Source of the DNA: an uncultured virus (IMG/VR IMGVR_UViG_3300045234_000013)
Lineage: Duplodnaviria; Heunggongvirae; Uroviricota; Caudoviricetes
Reading direction: 5' to 3' (one strand)
Virus record (IMG/VR): IMGVR_UViG_3300045234_000013
DNA length: 64,000 nucleotides
Part shown: positions 54,264 through 64,000 of the stretch, in pieces
Layout of the letters: the number at the start of each line of letters is the position of its first letter
How positions within the stretch are numbered: the stretch's first letter is position 1
Notes under the pieces: generated by a model
The model's input: the letters and a program-made list of their open reading frames with translations, nothing else
Told to the model about the DNA's origin: nothing
Databases searched by the model: none
Program-made: the position numbers and the translations under genes

Positions 54264-57200
54264 ATGGCAAACGGGAAACCGTTAGGTAATATGAAGGTTA
54301 TCTTAGACCTAGACAGTTCTGCCTTTTCAAAAGGACTTGATGGAGCAAAAAAAAGTGTTGCGTACAATATGAAAGCCATGCAATCACAGATGAAAGTAAT
54401 GAATTCATCGGGTGATAAATTGGGCGCTTTGCAAACAAAATACGACGGACTTAGCAAAACGCTTAGCTCTAACGAAAAGTACATGAGTAAGTTAAAGACT
54501 CAGTATGATAAAAGCTTCGACGCGAATGGTAAAGCAACGGCTTCCACTGCTAAATATGCAAATGAATTGAATCAAGCGATTGCTAAGTCTGCTAGTTATG
54601 AAGCTCAGATGAAAACCACTACAGGACAAATTGCCCGCATGAAGGTAGAAACAGAAGGTGTAACTGGGAAACTTAAAGCACAATCTGATCAGTGGATTAA
54701 GTCAGGAAAGAAAATTGAATCTTTCGGTAAAAAAATGTCTAGCATAGGAAGCACATTGACCATGTCTGTTACAGCGCCGATCGCTGCTGGGTTTGGATTG
54801 GCTACTAAGAAGGCTGTTGATTTTCAAACTCAAATTGGTGAAATTGGTCCATTGTTGACCAACGGTGGGAAAATGACAACCGAATATCGCAATCAATTAG
54901 ATCAGATGTCTGTTAGCTCGAAAAAATGGGCGAAGGAATATGGCGTTTCTACTACTGAAATAAATACTGGTTTAGCAGAAATTGTTCGTAAAGGCTATGA
55001 CGCGAATCAAACGCTTGGTGTAATGCCTTCTATTTTAGATGCTACCAAAGCATCCGGGGACGACTTCAACGATGTAATGAATGTAACAACCGAGGTAATC
55101 AGTCAGTTTAATTTAAAAGGCAAAGATTACAATAGCACTGTTAAGAACGCAACACGTGTGACGGATGCGTTGACTTATGTGGCTAATGCAACTTCTGCTG
55201 GTTTCTCAGATTTAGGACTAGCAATGGGGTATGTGGGACCAGTAGCGAATAGCTTAGGCATGGATGTAGAAGAAACTGCTTCTGCAATTGGTCTGCTAAG
55301 TGATGCTGGTATCGGCGGAGAAAAAGCTGGGACTGCATTACGTGGAGCATTAACTCGTTTATTGAAGCCATCAAAACAAAACATTGCCGGATTTGAAAAA
55401 CTAGGTATTTCTGTAGATGAGTTTAAAAACGGTACGTTAACTCTTCCAGATATGTTGAATAAGATTAAGCAAAACACTGAAGGCTGGACGGATGCGCAAC
55501 GTACATCTGCAATAGCCTTAGCCTTCGGCACCGAATCTCAATCAGCAATGAACGTATTAGTTGGGCAAGGCGGTGACGCGTTAAAAGGGTTAACTAAAGA
55601 AACTTATAACGCTAACGGTGCCACTAAAGAAATTGCAAAATCAATGAATGATTTACCAGCCAATAAGGTGGCTCGATTTAAAGAATCGTTAAATGTTTTA
55701 GCCATTACCGCTGGAGAGAAATTGCTTCCAGTGTTTACACCTATACTTGAGAAAGCAACTCAGTTGATCAACAAATTCTCTGAGTTGGATGATGAAACTC
55801 AACAGAACATTCTTAAATGGGGGCTTATGGCGGCCGCTGTCGGTCCAACATTAAAACTATTTGGCACCGGGGCTACAGTAATAGGTAAGACTCAAACTGC
55901 TGTCGGCAAATTGACTGGTGGGATTGTAGACTTAGCCGCTAAAGCAGCTGAGAAGAAAGCAATTGCAGGATTTAGTACGACTGTTGCATCAGTAGGTACT
56001 GCTTCTGCTACTGCTGCTGGGGCAAGTGGTGTGGCTGGGTTAGGAGCGTCTATCGCTGGCTTGGCAGGACCCATTGGAATTGGATTAGTAGCATTAGGAG
56101 CGGTAGCTGGTGCTGTAGTTGTAGGTAAAAAGGCCTATGATGATTACCAATTATCTGGTGGCAAGTGGGGCACAGAAGTTACTGGCACCCAAGATAAAGT
56201 AATCACAAAATCGAACGAGTTAAAAGAAAAAGGCGTTCAGTATATGAACGAGTACCAAGACGGTGTCAATACCAATGCTGAAAAAATCAAAAAGGCAAAT
56301 AAAGGTATTCAAGACGCGATTGAAGGAACGCTGGAAAAAGAAGAAAAACGTCGTGAGAAGATTACTAAATTAAGCTTTTTGGATGAAGAAACAAAAGCTT
56401 GGTATGATCAAGTTATTGCCGCGCAGAAAAAAGTTGATGAGAAAACAGCCGAAACGGTTAAAGCACAAATCGATAAGATTAACGGAATATACAAAAATGC
56501 TTCTGATAATAATCGACAATTATCTGATCAAGAAATGCAATATATCAGAGCGTCGTACGCTAACTTATCCGATGATCAATTGAAAGCAGCTGGTTTTACT
56601 AAGTCGCAGCGGTTGGCAATCGAAACAGCTTATCAGGATGATTTGTCGAAGTTGAGTGAAAAAGAAGTAAGTACACGAATTAAAACGTTAGAAAAAGCCT
56701 TGGATAAGGAAAAGACCTCTTATGATAAGCAACGTAAAGAGATTGAAAGTAACGAAACTCTTAGCTCATCTGTCAGAAAAAGATTATTAAACGATTTAAA
56801 AGAAAATTATAAGAAAAGCACTAGTGAAATGATTACGGCTCTTGGTAATCTTACTGAAAAATCAGGATCTTCATTAGATTCGGTTTGGTTCAAATGGGAA
56901 AAGTACGGATACAACGTTGAAGAAGTGACTGCATTAGTGTCTAGCAGTGTCAAAGATACCACTAAAGACCTAAGCTTATTCGCAAAAGGAACTTCCGATG
57001 CTGATATGCAATGGAACGCTTTAAGTCTTGATCCTAAGACTGGTGAAGTTAAAACAAACATGACTGATGTTTTAACTGAAATCGCTCAGACTGATGATGG
57101 ATGGAATCAGCTCAAATTTATGGTTAAGGAAGCTAAATTAACTTCTAACGCAAAAGAAGAAGTCGCAATTGCTATGGGTGAAGCTGGCAAGTGGGATCAG

Positions 57201-60200
57201 TTGTGGTTGACCGAAAAAATGTTATTGGTCAATGGCGATGAAGCAAAGCTAGAGCTTTATGAAACTATCAATGCTATGGGTGCGTGGAACCAATATGTCT
57301 TAGATCGAAAAACGTTAGGTATTGACAATGCGGATGCAGTTTATAAGTTATTCACCACACAAGAGCAAATCAATCAGTGGAATACTCTACCAGTAAATCA
57401 GAAAAAGTTATTAGCTGACAATACAGACTTAACAGAAAAGATATTTGCTTCAAATGAATCCTACACTGCTTGGACTCAAGTTCCAGATAATATCAAATAT
57501 ATGTTAGCAAACAATGAAGATTTGAATGCAAAAATTCAAGAAGGTGTAATAAGTACTGAACAATACAATCAAATATTACCCTTATTGAAGCAAATGTTCG
57601 GCGAAAATTATGATGTCCTTGCAAAAGGCAAACAGGCGAAAGCTGACATTGACGATTATAACAAAAATCACAACCCTGCTAACAAAATCCTTAATGCTGA
57701 CAACTCTGATCTTTTAAACAAAGAAAAAGCTGCCCGAGAGAAACTTACTGGCCCTGGTGGGTACAATCAAATTCCTGTTCCTGAAAAGACGATGACTGCC
57801 AAAGATGATGTAACTCCAAATGTGGAAAAAGCCGTTAAATCCTATAGAGAAGTTGCGAACTTACAAGATAAAACAATCAGTTTCAAATTGACCGCATTTT
57901 TTGATGATACATGGGAAAAAGTTAAAAAGGCATTCAATCAAAAAGGGAACAATATCACTGGCAACTACGCAAACGGCACTAACTACCATAAAGGCGGTTT
58001 AGCTCTCGTAAACGACCAGATTGGTTCAAAGTATAAAGAACTAGTTAAACTTCCTAACGGGCGAGCATTCGTTCCACAGGAAAGAAATACTTTGCTTGAT
58101 TTACCTAAAGGCTCGTCTGTATTAAAAGCCTCTCAAACAGCAAAATTGATACCTCGCTATGCCGGTGGTATAGGCGAAGTGATCACGCAAGACTCTCAAA
58201 TTACTGAATTAATAGCAGCCATAAATGAATTAATTCTGACGTTCAAAACTATGCAGCCTCAATCAGCTGAATCGGATACAGTTGGGATGATGACTGAAAA
58301 ATCTGTTATCCCAAATACTCAAGGATCAACAGGAGTGGCTTCGATAACACCAGATCAGCTATTGGCTCAAGGAGAAGAGTATACTGCGATCGGCACAATG
58401 TGGATGACGAATCTTATGAATGGCTGGAATTCAATTGTTCCGTCTTACATGAAGAGTGAGTCCATATTTATTTCTAACTACTTAACCCAATTAAAAAATC
58501 AAAACAATCCGAATTATTTGCAAGGTGTTACGTGGAATAGAAACTTAATGAATGGTTGGAACAGTTTAACAGGAACATTTATCAATCTAATCAAGACCTT
58601 CTGTAATCAAGCGATGACGACTCTTCGGAGTTACAATGCGCCTATGTACAACAATGGCCGTACTTGGCAACAGAATAATTTGAACGGTTGGAACTCGTTG
58701 TATGGATCGTTTATTGCAAGAGTTAACCAGCTGGGAAATGATTCAATTAATAATCTCCGTTCCAAAAACGGCGGTTTTTACAGCGCCGGAAACTATCTGA
58801 TGCAATCGCTAATCAACGGGTTAAACTCAATGGGTGGTTCGCTATCATCAACGATGAACGGTGTAGCGAACAAGATGGTTGGTGGAATCGGTAAAGGTGT
58901 TAATGGAGTAATCGGCGGTGTTAACTATGTTCTAAAAGAGGTTGAATCAGACAAGAAATTAGGAAACTGGACTGTTCCACAATATTCAAAGGGAACAGAC
59001 GGACACCCTGGCGGATTAGCAATGATCAACGATCAAAAAGGGCCTGTTCATGAAGAGTATGTTCAGATGCCTGATGGCCGTGGTTTTATTGCCAAAGGAA
59101 AGGATCTATTGGTCAACCTTCCTAAAGGGGCGCAAGTACTGAATGCAAGTCTTACTAAGAAATTAAAGAAAGGTTTCGATATTCCGCATTATGCCAATGG
59201 AACGGATGACTTTGATATCTTTGATTTGATTGATGATGAGGGAGCGTTTAGGAAAGTTGTAGACCAAAGAATTGACTACAATAGTATCGCGGAACCTTGG
59301 AAGAGAATGACAAAAGATGGCGTTAAGTTAATGACAAGCGCGGCTTATCCTTTTGCACAAAAGCAAGTTGAAGATTCGTTTGGTGGTGGCAGTTTTGATG
59401 GAGCTATGAATGCCAATAATGTATACCAATACTTAGTGGATATTGCACAAAAAGTTATGTCAAAATTTGGAGGACTAACTATCACTTCTGGATACAGACC
59501 GGGAGATCCTTATTGGCATGGTAAGCATCAAGCGTTAGATATCTCGGGTTATCCTTACGGAAGCCCTAGATACACGGAAGCAGCAAATTGGGCCTTCGAG
59601 AAATTCCCTAAACAGATTGCTTATGTGATTACGAATGGTAGGGTACGTGACCGTGTGGGAATGTCAGGCCAAGCTGCAACAGGACAATGGGTCCCTTGGC
59701 CAGATGGCGATCATTATGATCATATTCATTTGAACGGTTCTTTGGGATCAGGAAACATATTTAAAGCTGGAACGGACGTGGCAGGAGGACTTCCTACGCC
59801 AAGTGGGGCTTCTGTTGAACGCTGGCGTCCTTCTATTAAGAAAGCACTGAAAATGAATGGACTACCCACTTCTCAAGCATATGTGAATGCCTGGATGTCT
59901 CAAATCCAAACAGAATCTGGTGGTAACCCTTCTGCAATCGGAGGTAACGATGGATTGGCAGATGGAAATGCTACTGGACTTCTACAGACTAAGCCAGGAA
60001 CTTTTGCAGCAAATGCTTTTCCAGGACACGGTAATATTATGAACGGTTTTGATAACATGTTGGCAGCAATCCGTTATGCCAAAAATCGATACGGAGCGAA
60101 TATGCTAGGCGTGATCGGCCGAGGACATGGTTACGAAAATGGGGGCTTAATCAATAAAGATGGTCTTTATAGAGCAGGTGAAGGAAACAAACCGGAAATG

Positions 60201-60494
60201 GTGATTCCCTTAACTCGCAAAACGAGAGCGATAGAACTAATGGGACAAGCTTTAGCATTTCTGGCTGGGGATAATAAAAATAGTTCGAAACAGTCCGCTG
60301 GCGTTGATAATACAGCAGAGTTGGTAACACTGATTAAGCAACAACAAAAGCAACATAGTGATCTGATGCGAATTTTGAGAGCGATATTGAGCAAGGAAAG
60401 TGGAATAACCAGTGAAGCGGTTGGAAATGCTGCAAATGATTTGATGGGGAGCGATTTGAATAAATTAGGCTATACGATAGGAGGTGGCTTCTAA
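54264..60494 (+). CDS. Tape measure protein with C-terminal peptidase-like and SLT transglycosylase domains
   Basis: TP901-type core (GEKAGTALR); H..QALD...HYDHIH; IQTESGGNP...GLLQ. Confidence 0.94.
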   Translation: MANGKPLGNMKVILDLDSSAFSKGLDGAKKSVAYNMKAMQSQMKVMNSSGDKLGALQTKYDGLSKTLSSNEKYMSKLKTQYDKSFDANGKATASTAKYANELNQAIAKSASYEAQMKTTTGQIARMKVETEGVTGKLKAQSDQWIKSGKKIESFGKKMSSIGSTLTMSVTAPIAAGFGLATKKAVDFQTQIGEIGPLLTNGGKMTTEYRNQLDQMSVSSKKWAKEYGVSTTEINTGLAEIVRKGYDANQTLGVMPSILDATKASGDDFNDVMNVTTEVISQFNLKGKDYNSTVKNATRVTDALTYVANATSAGFSDLGLAMGYVGPVANSLGMDVEETASAIGLLSDAGIGGEKAGTALRGALTRLLKPSKQNIAGFEKLGISVDEFKNGTLTLPDMLNKIKQNTEGWTDAQRTSAIALAFGTESQSAMNVLVGQGGDALKGLTKETYNANGATKEIAKSMNDLPANKVARFKESLNVLAITAGEKLLPVFTPILEKATQLINKFSELDDETQQNILKWGLMAAAVGPTLKLFGTGATVIGKTQTAVGKLTGGIVDLAAKAAEKKAIAGFSTTVASVGTASATAAGASGVAGLGASIAGLAGPIGIGLVALGAVAGAVVVGKKAYDDYQLSGGKWGTEVTGTQDKVITKSNELKEKGVQYMNEYQDGVNTNAEKIKKANKGIQDAIEGTLEKEEKRREKITKLSFLDEETKAWYDQVIAAQKKVDEKTAETVKAQIDKINGIYKNASDNNRQLSDQEMQYIRASYANLSDDQLKAAGFTKSQRLAIETAYQDDLSKLSEKEVSTRIKTLEKALDKEKTSYDKQRKEIESNETLSSSVRKRLLNDLKENYKKSTSEMITALGNLTEKSGSSLDSVWFKWEKYGYNVEEVTALVSSSVKDTTKDLSLFAKGTSDADMQWNALSLDPKTGEVKTNMTDVLTEIAQTDDGWNQLKFMVKEAKLTSNAKEEVAIAMGEAGKWDQLWLTEKMLLVNGDEAKLELYETINAMGAWNQYVLDRKTLGIDNADAVYKLFTTQEQINQWNTLPVNQKKLLADNTDLTEKIFASNESYTAWTQVPDNIKYMLANNEDLNAKIQEGVISTEQYNQILPLLKQMFGENYDVLAKGKQAKADIDDYNKNHNPANKILNADNSDLLNKEKAAREKLTGPGGYNQIPVPEKTMTAKDDVTPNVEKAVKSYREVANLQDKTISFKLTAFFDDTWEKVKKAFNQKGNNITGNYANGTNYHKGGLALVNDQIGSKYKELVKLPNGRAFVPQERNTLLDLPKGSSVLKASQTAKLIPRYAGGIGEVITQDSQITELIAAINELILTFKTMQPQSAESDTVGMMTEKSVIPNTQGSTGVASITPDQLLAQGEEYTAIGTMWMTNLMNGWNSIVPSYMKSESIFISNYLTQLKNQNNPNYLQGVTWNRNLMNGWNSLTGTFINLIKTFCNQAMTTLRSYNAPMYNNGRTWQQNNLNGWNSLYGSFIARVNQLGNDSINNLRSKNGGFYSAGNYLMQSLINGLNSMGGSLSSTMNGVANKMVGGIGKGVNGVIGGVNYVLKEVESDKKLGNWTVPQYSKGTDGHPGGLAMINDQKGPVHEEYVQMPDGRGFIAKGKDLLVNLPKGAQVLNASLTKKLKKGFDIPHYANGTDDFDIFDLIDDEGAFRKVVDQRIDYNSIAEPWKRMTKDGVKLMTSAAYPFAQKQVEDSFGGGSFDGAMNANNVYQYLVDIAQKVMSKFGGLTITSGYRPGDPYWHGKHQALDISGYPYGSPRYTEAANWAFEKFPKQIAYVITNGRVRDRVGMSGQAATGQWVPWPDGDHYDHIHLNGSLGSGNIFKAGTDVAGGLPTPSGASVERWRPSIKKALKMNGLPTSQAYVNAWMSQIQTESGGNPSAIGGNDGLADGNATGLLQTKPGTFAANAFPGHGNIMNGFDNMLAAIRYAKNRYGANMLGVIGRGHGYENGGLINKDGLYRAGEGNKPEMVIPLTRKTRAIELMGQALAFLAGDNKNSSKQSAGVDNTAELVTLIKQQQKQHSDLMRILRAILSKESGITSEAVGNAANDLMGSDLNKLGYTIGGGF

Positions 60495-61316
60495 TTGTTC
60501 TACAAGTTATTGATTAATCAGAGTGGAAATCTGTTTGATCCACAAGTTAAAGATAAAATAGTCTGTAAAGAAATAAAGAGACAGGCTCCTCTATACGAAG
60601 TTAAGTATGAAGAGTTTGAAGGAACGAATGGAAGCAGAGAATCAAATGCCTCCTTTCGTCCTTTTGAATTAGTTCTCACTTTCGACATATTTTATAAAAA
60701 TGAATATGACAAAGAATTGATAGTAACAGAGTTACATCAAATATTTTTCCCCGGCTATCAGTATTATTTGACACACGAACTGAGCCCAGGTAAAAGGTTT
60801 AAAGTGAATCCAGTAAATTTCGAACTTACTGAAGAAGAAAATGATTACTCGACTATAGAAATCACCTTCGATGTTCCTAGTGCTTGTTCTGAATCTCTCT
60901 CAACCACACTGTCAGAATTTAGCTTATCGAACGAGTGGCAATTCTCACAAAATCTTGAAGCTGCGGATTATAAGTACAGTTTTGATGTAAGCCGTTTCCA
61001 AGTATTTAACGCAGGAGACTTTGCAATTGATCCAAGGGAACATGCATTGAACATCACTCTTCAAGGTGAATCGCTAGGTAATGCTACAATTTTCAACCGA
61101 ACGACAGGCGATCGATTTATTTACTATCCTGAATTTTCAACAAATTTAGGACAGACTGTCACGCTAGATCGTGTTTATCCGAAACTAAATGGTGTCAATC
61201 GTGGTATTGACACAAACTTAAGTCTGATCACTTTAGTTCCTGGTATTAACGAAATAGAAATACAGAATGTATCAAACGTGAAGTCCTCTTGGGATTTCCG
61301 TTACTTGTATAAGTAG
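60495..61316 (+). CDS. Distal tail protein (Dit)
   Basis: After the TMP; LVPGINEI...FRYLY. Confidence 0.85.
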   Translation: MFYKLLINQSGNLFDPQVKDKIVCKEIKRQAPLYEVKYEEFEGTNGSRESNASFRPFELVLTFDIFYKNEYDKELIVTELHQIFFPGYQYYLTHELSPGKRFKVNPVNFELTEEENDYSTIEITFDVPSACSESLSTTLSEFSLSNEWQFSQNLEAADYKYSFDVSRFQVFNAGDFAIDPREHALNITLQGESLGNATIFNRTTGDRFIYYPEFSTNLGQTVTLDRVYPKLNGVNRGIDTNLSLITLVPGINEIEIQNVSNVKSSWDFRYLYK

Positions 61317-61324
61317 GTGATAAC

Positions 61325-62350
61325 GTGACAAACATCATCATTCAGAATTACGAAAAGACAAAGAAGGAGCTCCTTGTTGATTATGACAAGGACTCTTTTT
61401 TTGAGAATTGGCAACAGAATGAAACATGGGAAGTTAGTTTAGATGTTACTAAGACAGAAGTAAACAGCTATGCTTTTGACCTTGTTGATTATGAAAATTC
61501 CATACTATTGAATGGTCAAGAATTTGTTATTAAATCTATGACGACTTCTGGCGAAGGGGCACAAGTAACTAAGAGTATTACTGCTACGCATGTTTACTAC
61601 ACGATTCAGGATGGAAGACAATACAATACTCTGCAGCCGAACGGAGCGAAAAGTATCCAACAATTACTCTCCCATATCTTCAGCGCGGGAAATCGAGGAT
61701 TCACTTGGGAAGTCGTAGATCCGAATAAAAAGTTTCTTACGGTTGAACAAGAAAACTTTGGCAATGCGAATTACTTAAAGCTGATTGAAGAAATATTAAG
61801 TGATTATGATGCGGTGGTTATTCCAAATAATAAACATCTAACCTTCTATCCACGCTCAGAGTTCGGGGATAAAGTTCAGGAGCAGATTCGATACAAATAC
61901 AACACGGATTCAGTGAAGTTCGACATAGACACCTATTCGTTGAAAACGCAGATTAAGGGATTTGGTAAGAAAAAGGAAGATGACACGTATTATTTCTCTC
62001 CGATTACTTACACTTCTCCCGAATCGGAGAAATGGGGAATACGGATACAAGATCCGGTAGAAGATGAGCGATATACGGTTGTTGGTAACATGATGGGACG
62101 ACTAAAAAAAGATTTACAAGATTATCCTTCAATCAGCGGTTCAGTAACTCTGAAATGGCGAATTGATCCACAAAAAGGAGATTATGTACCATTCATTTAT
62201 GAACCGCTAAATATAAAAACGTACATTCAAATTGTGGGAATTAAGACATATCCTGCATTACCTAATAAACCGCCTGAAATCACGTTATCAAATACGAAGA
62301 AAACAATGACATCAATACTAGCGAACTTAGCTAGGAAAGGAGTGATTTAG
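61325..62350 (+). CDS. Tail-associated protein (Tal, prophage endopeptidase-tail family)
   Basis: ITATHVYY, LKTQIKGFG, DERY motifs. Confidence 0.85.
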   Translation: MTNIIIQNYEKTKKELLVDYDKDSFFENWQQNETWEVSLDVTKTEVNSYAFDLVDYENSILLNGQEFVIKSMTTSGEGAQVTKSITATHVYYTIQDGRQYNTLQPNGAKSIQQLLSHIFSAGNRGFTWEVVDPNKKFLTVEQENFGNANYLKLIEEILSDYDAVVIPNNKHLTFYPRSEFGDKVQEQIRYKYNTDSVKFDIDTYSLKTQIKGFGKKKEDDTYYFSPITYTSPESEKWGIRIQDPVEDERYTVVGNMMGRLKKDLQDYPSISGSVTLKWRIDPQKGDYVPFIYEPLNIKTYIQIVGIKTYPALPNKPPEITLSNTKKTMTSILANLARKGVI

Positions 62351-63393
62351 TGGAATTACTAAAACTCATTAAAAATAGAATTTCAACAGAATGGAAAAAA
62401 ACGTTCAACGATAATGTGGATATTTTGAACGGTATTACACGTGACCAAAATCAAAAAATAGACGTTGTTGATAAGAGAATTGACAATCTAGTCTTGCGCA
62501 GTGGCGGTGAGTCCCCGAATGAAGTAGTGGATGCACGTGTTAATAATACGGGCAAAACTTTCGATACGCTTGAATCTAGGTTGCTCGCTGCAGAAAACCA
62601 AAATGATCAAAACATTGAAGAAGCAAATCGTCAAATTTTAGAAAACAAATATCAACTCGCTCAATTAAATGGAGTAGTTAGAATGCTATACAATGCAGCG
62701 GGATCAAATATTGCTATTTATGTTTCTAAAGAACGTGGAAGTGATGTCGCTGGAGATGGGACACAAGAAAAACCTTTTCGCACGATTCAAACTGCTGTAA
62801 ATCAAATCCCCTTAATTAATCGTTCGAACACCACAATTTTTATTGAAGACGGAACCTACTTAGAGGATGTGCGTATATCTAATTGCTCGGCAGCATCCAT
62901 TTACATTCGGACTATACAAAATGTTGACAGTCTAGATATTAAGGCGAATGTCATGCCGGTCAAAGTTCGATCAATCGGCTTTACCTACTGTCAAGGATAT
63001 TTCAATTTGTATGGCTTAGAATTTATAGATCAAGCGAATGCAACAAGCGTGTTTAGTACTAAACTTTCAGCTTTTTGTGAACAGGGAGGGTATTTATCAC
63101 TAAGTAAATGCGGGTTTAGAGAAAACACGAAAGCTTTAGATCATAACACTCTTTATGTCGGTGGGACTGGTCAGATGGCTGTTTATGACTGTATGTTTGT
63201 AAATCAAAAAGTGATTGCAAGAGCAAATTTGATGGCAGATTTAAATTTCGCTAGTCCAAATGGTTTTGGGTGTGAAACTGGTGTAATTTCTAATACGGCA
63301 ACCGTGAGAACATCAAACCTATCTTCTGTGGCGACAACTCCTACAAAAACAGAAGGAAATGGGCTGATTATTACTAAAGGGACGGTGTTGTAA
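62350..63393 (+). CDS. Baseplate / receptor-binding protein with a beta-helix-like domain
   Basis: EVVDARV...TLESRL, GSDVAGDGTQEKPFRTIQTAV. Confidence 0.8.
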   Translation: MELLKLIKNRISTEWKKTFNDNVDILNGITRDQNQKIDVVDKRIDNLVLRSGGESPNEVVDARVNNTGKTFDTLESRLLAAENQNDQNIEEANRQILENKYQLAQLNGVVRMLYNAAGSNIAIYVSKERGSDVAGDGTQEKPFRTIQTAVNQIPLINRSNTTIFIEDGTYLEDVRISNCSAASIYIRTIQNVDSLDIKANVMPVKVRSIGFTYCQGYFNLYGLEFIDQANATSVFSTKLSAFCEQGGYLSLSKCGFRENTKALDHNTLYVGGTGQMAVYDCMFVNQKVIARANLMADLNFASPNGFGCETGVISNTATVRTSNLSSVATTPTKTEGNGLIITKGTVL

Positions 63394-64000
63394 TTGTTCA
63401 AGATTAGCGAAGAAATAATTGTGATCCAAGCTGAAGCAACTACTCCTATACCAACTGGAGTGGTTTTTTGGTCTCATGACAAAGGGACTGCAAAACTGAT
63501 CATTCAGTTAAAAAAAGATCATCTAAATCAGACCTTACCTCAAGGAACAATCGTACCGATTCTTTTAGAGTTCAATTCAGCCACAGCAGAGAATGGCAAA
63601 GGGCGTCATATTTACCATGCGATAATTGAAGATGCTTTAGAGGGAATTGTCTCCATTGTTTTAGAAGATAATATTCTCGGTTACGTTGGCCGTGTGGATG
63701 GTTCGGTTTATATTGAGTTACCTGATTCACGGTCACTTGATACTGCCGGTCGATTTACTTTTGACATTAAACGAAGCCCGATTGATGATGATGTTCCTGA
63801 ATTGGAAGATTACTATTGGCAAGGTTTCAGCGAAATTAACAAAGAATTTGTCGACATGAAGAACAAATTGAACACAGCAATCGTTGATTTTGGAAACAAA
63901 AAGAATGAAATTGTTCAAGATTTTAATACAAAATTTACTGAAGTGAATACAGCATTGACTTCTGCTTTAACTGAATTTGAAAAGGGAAACTTTTATACTA
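63394..64000 (+). CDS. Baseplate upper protein (BppU-like), partial
   Basis: Open frame to the window end: FWSHDKGTAKL...GRFTFDIKRSPID. Confidence 0.8.
   Translation, partial: MFKISEEIIVIQAEATTPIPTGVVFWSHDKGTAKLIIQLKKDHLNQTLPQGTIVPILLEFNSATAENGKGRHIYHAIIEDALEGIVSIVLEDNILGYVGRVDGSVYIELPDSRSLDTAGRFTFDIKRSPIDDDVPELEDYYWQGFSEINKEFVDMKNKLNTAIVDFGNKKNEIVQDFNTKFTEVNTALTSALTEFEKGNFYT

Larger units (their letters stand above)
26603..64000 (+). mobile_element. Prophage 2: HK97-like cos-type siphovirus (truncated by the window end)
   Basis: Integrase, cI/cro, replication, RinA, HNH, terminase, portal, ClpP, capsid, tail, baseplate. Confidence 0.95.

Overview
Two temperate siphovirus prophages in tandem, apparently from an Enterococcus-like low-GC Firmicute (host inferred from gene content). 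No host chromosomal protein genes are visible. Prophage 1 (1-~26600) shows the end of its early region, a late activator, a structured non-coding leader, and an SPP1-like pac-type head and tail module with its own Prp protease. It ends with lysis genes and a moron region holding several short sRNA units, a tRNA, a Panacea/DUF4065 toxin-antitoxin-like pair and a LexA-boxed YolD operon. An attP-like junction at ~26478-26705 appears to duplicate the 3' half of the SRP RNA gene. Prophage 2 (~26600->64000) has an integrase, a cI/cro switch, a Sak4/helicase/primase replication module with an origin, a variable small-gene array, a RinA-type activator, a related ncRNA leader and an HK97-like cos-type morphogenesis module, cut off in the baseplate genes. 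The most interesting unexplained signals are five. (1) A 19-bp motif recurs at gene boundaries in the variable early region, like cassette or recombination sites. (2) Homologous -1-frameshift peptide tags on both capsid and tail tube could complement a separately encoded, N-terminally truncated FN3-like protein. (3) Both prophages carry modular tRNA-like ncRNA cassettes. (4) About ten promoter-sRNA-terminator micro-units are present, several with cre sites. (5) NrdR-like and DnaA boxes lie upstream of a late activator. All family assignments come from motif recognition by eye, not from database searches.
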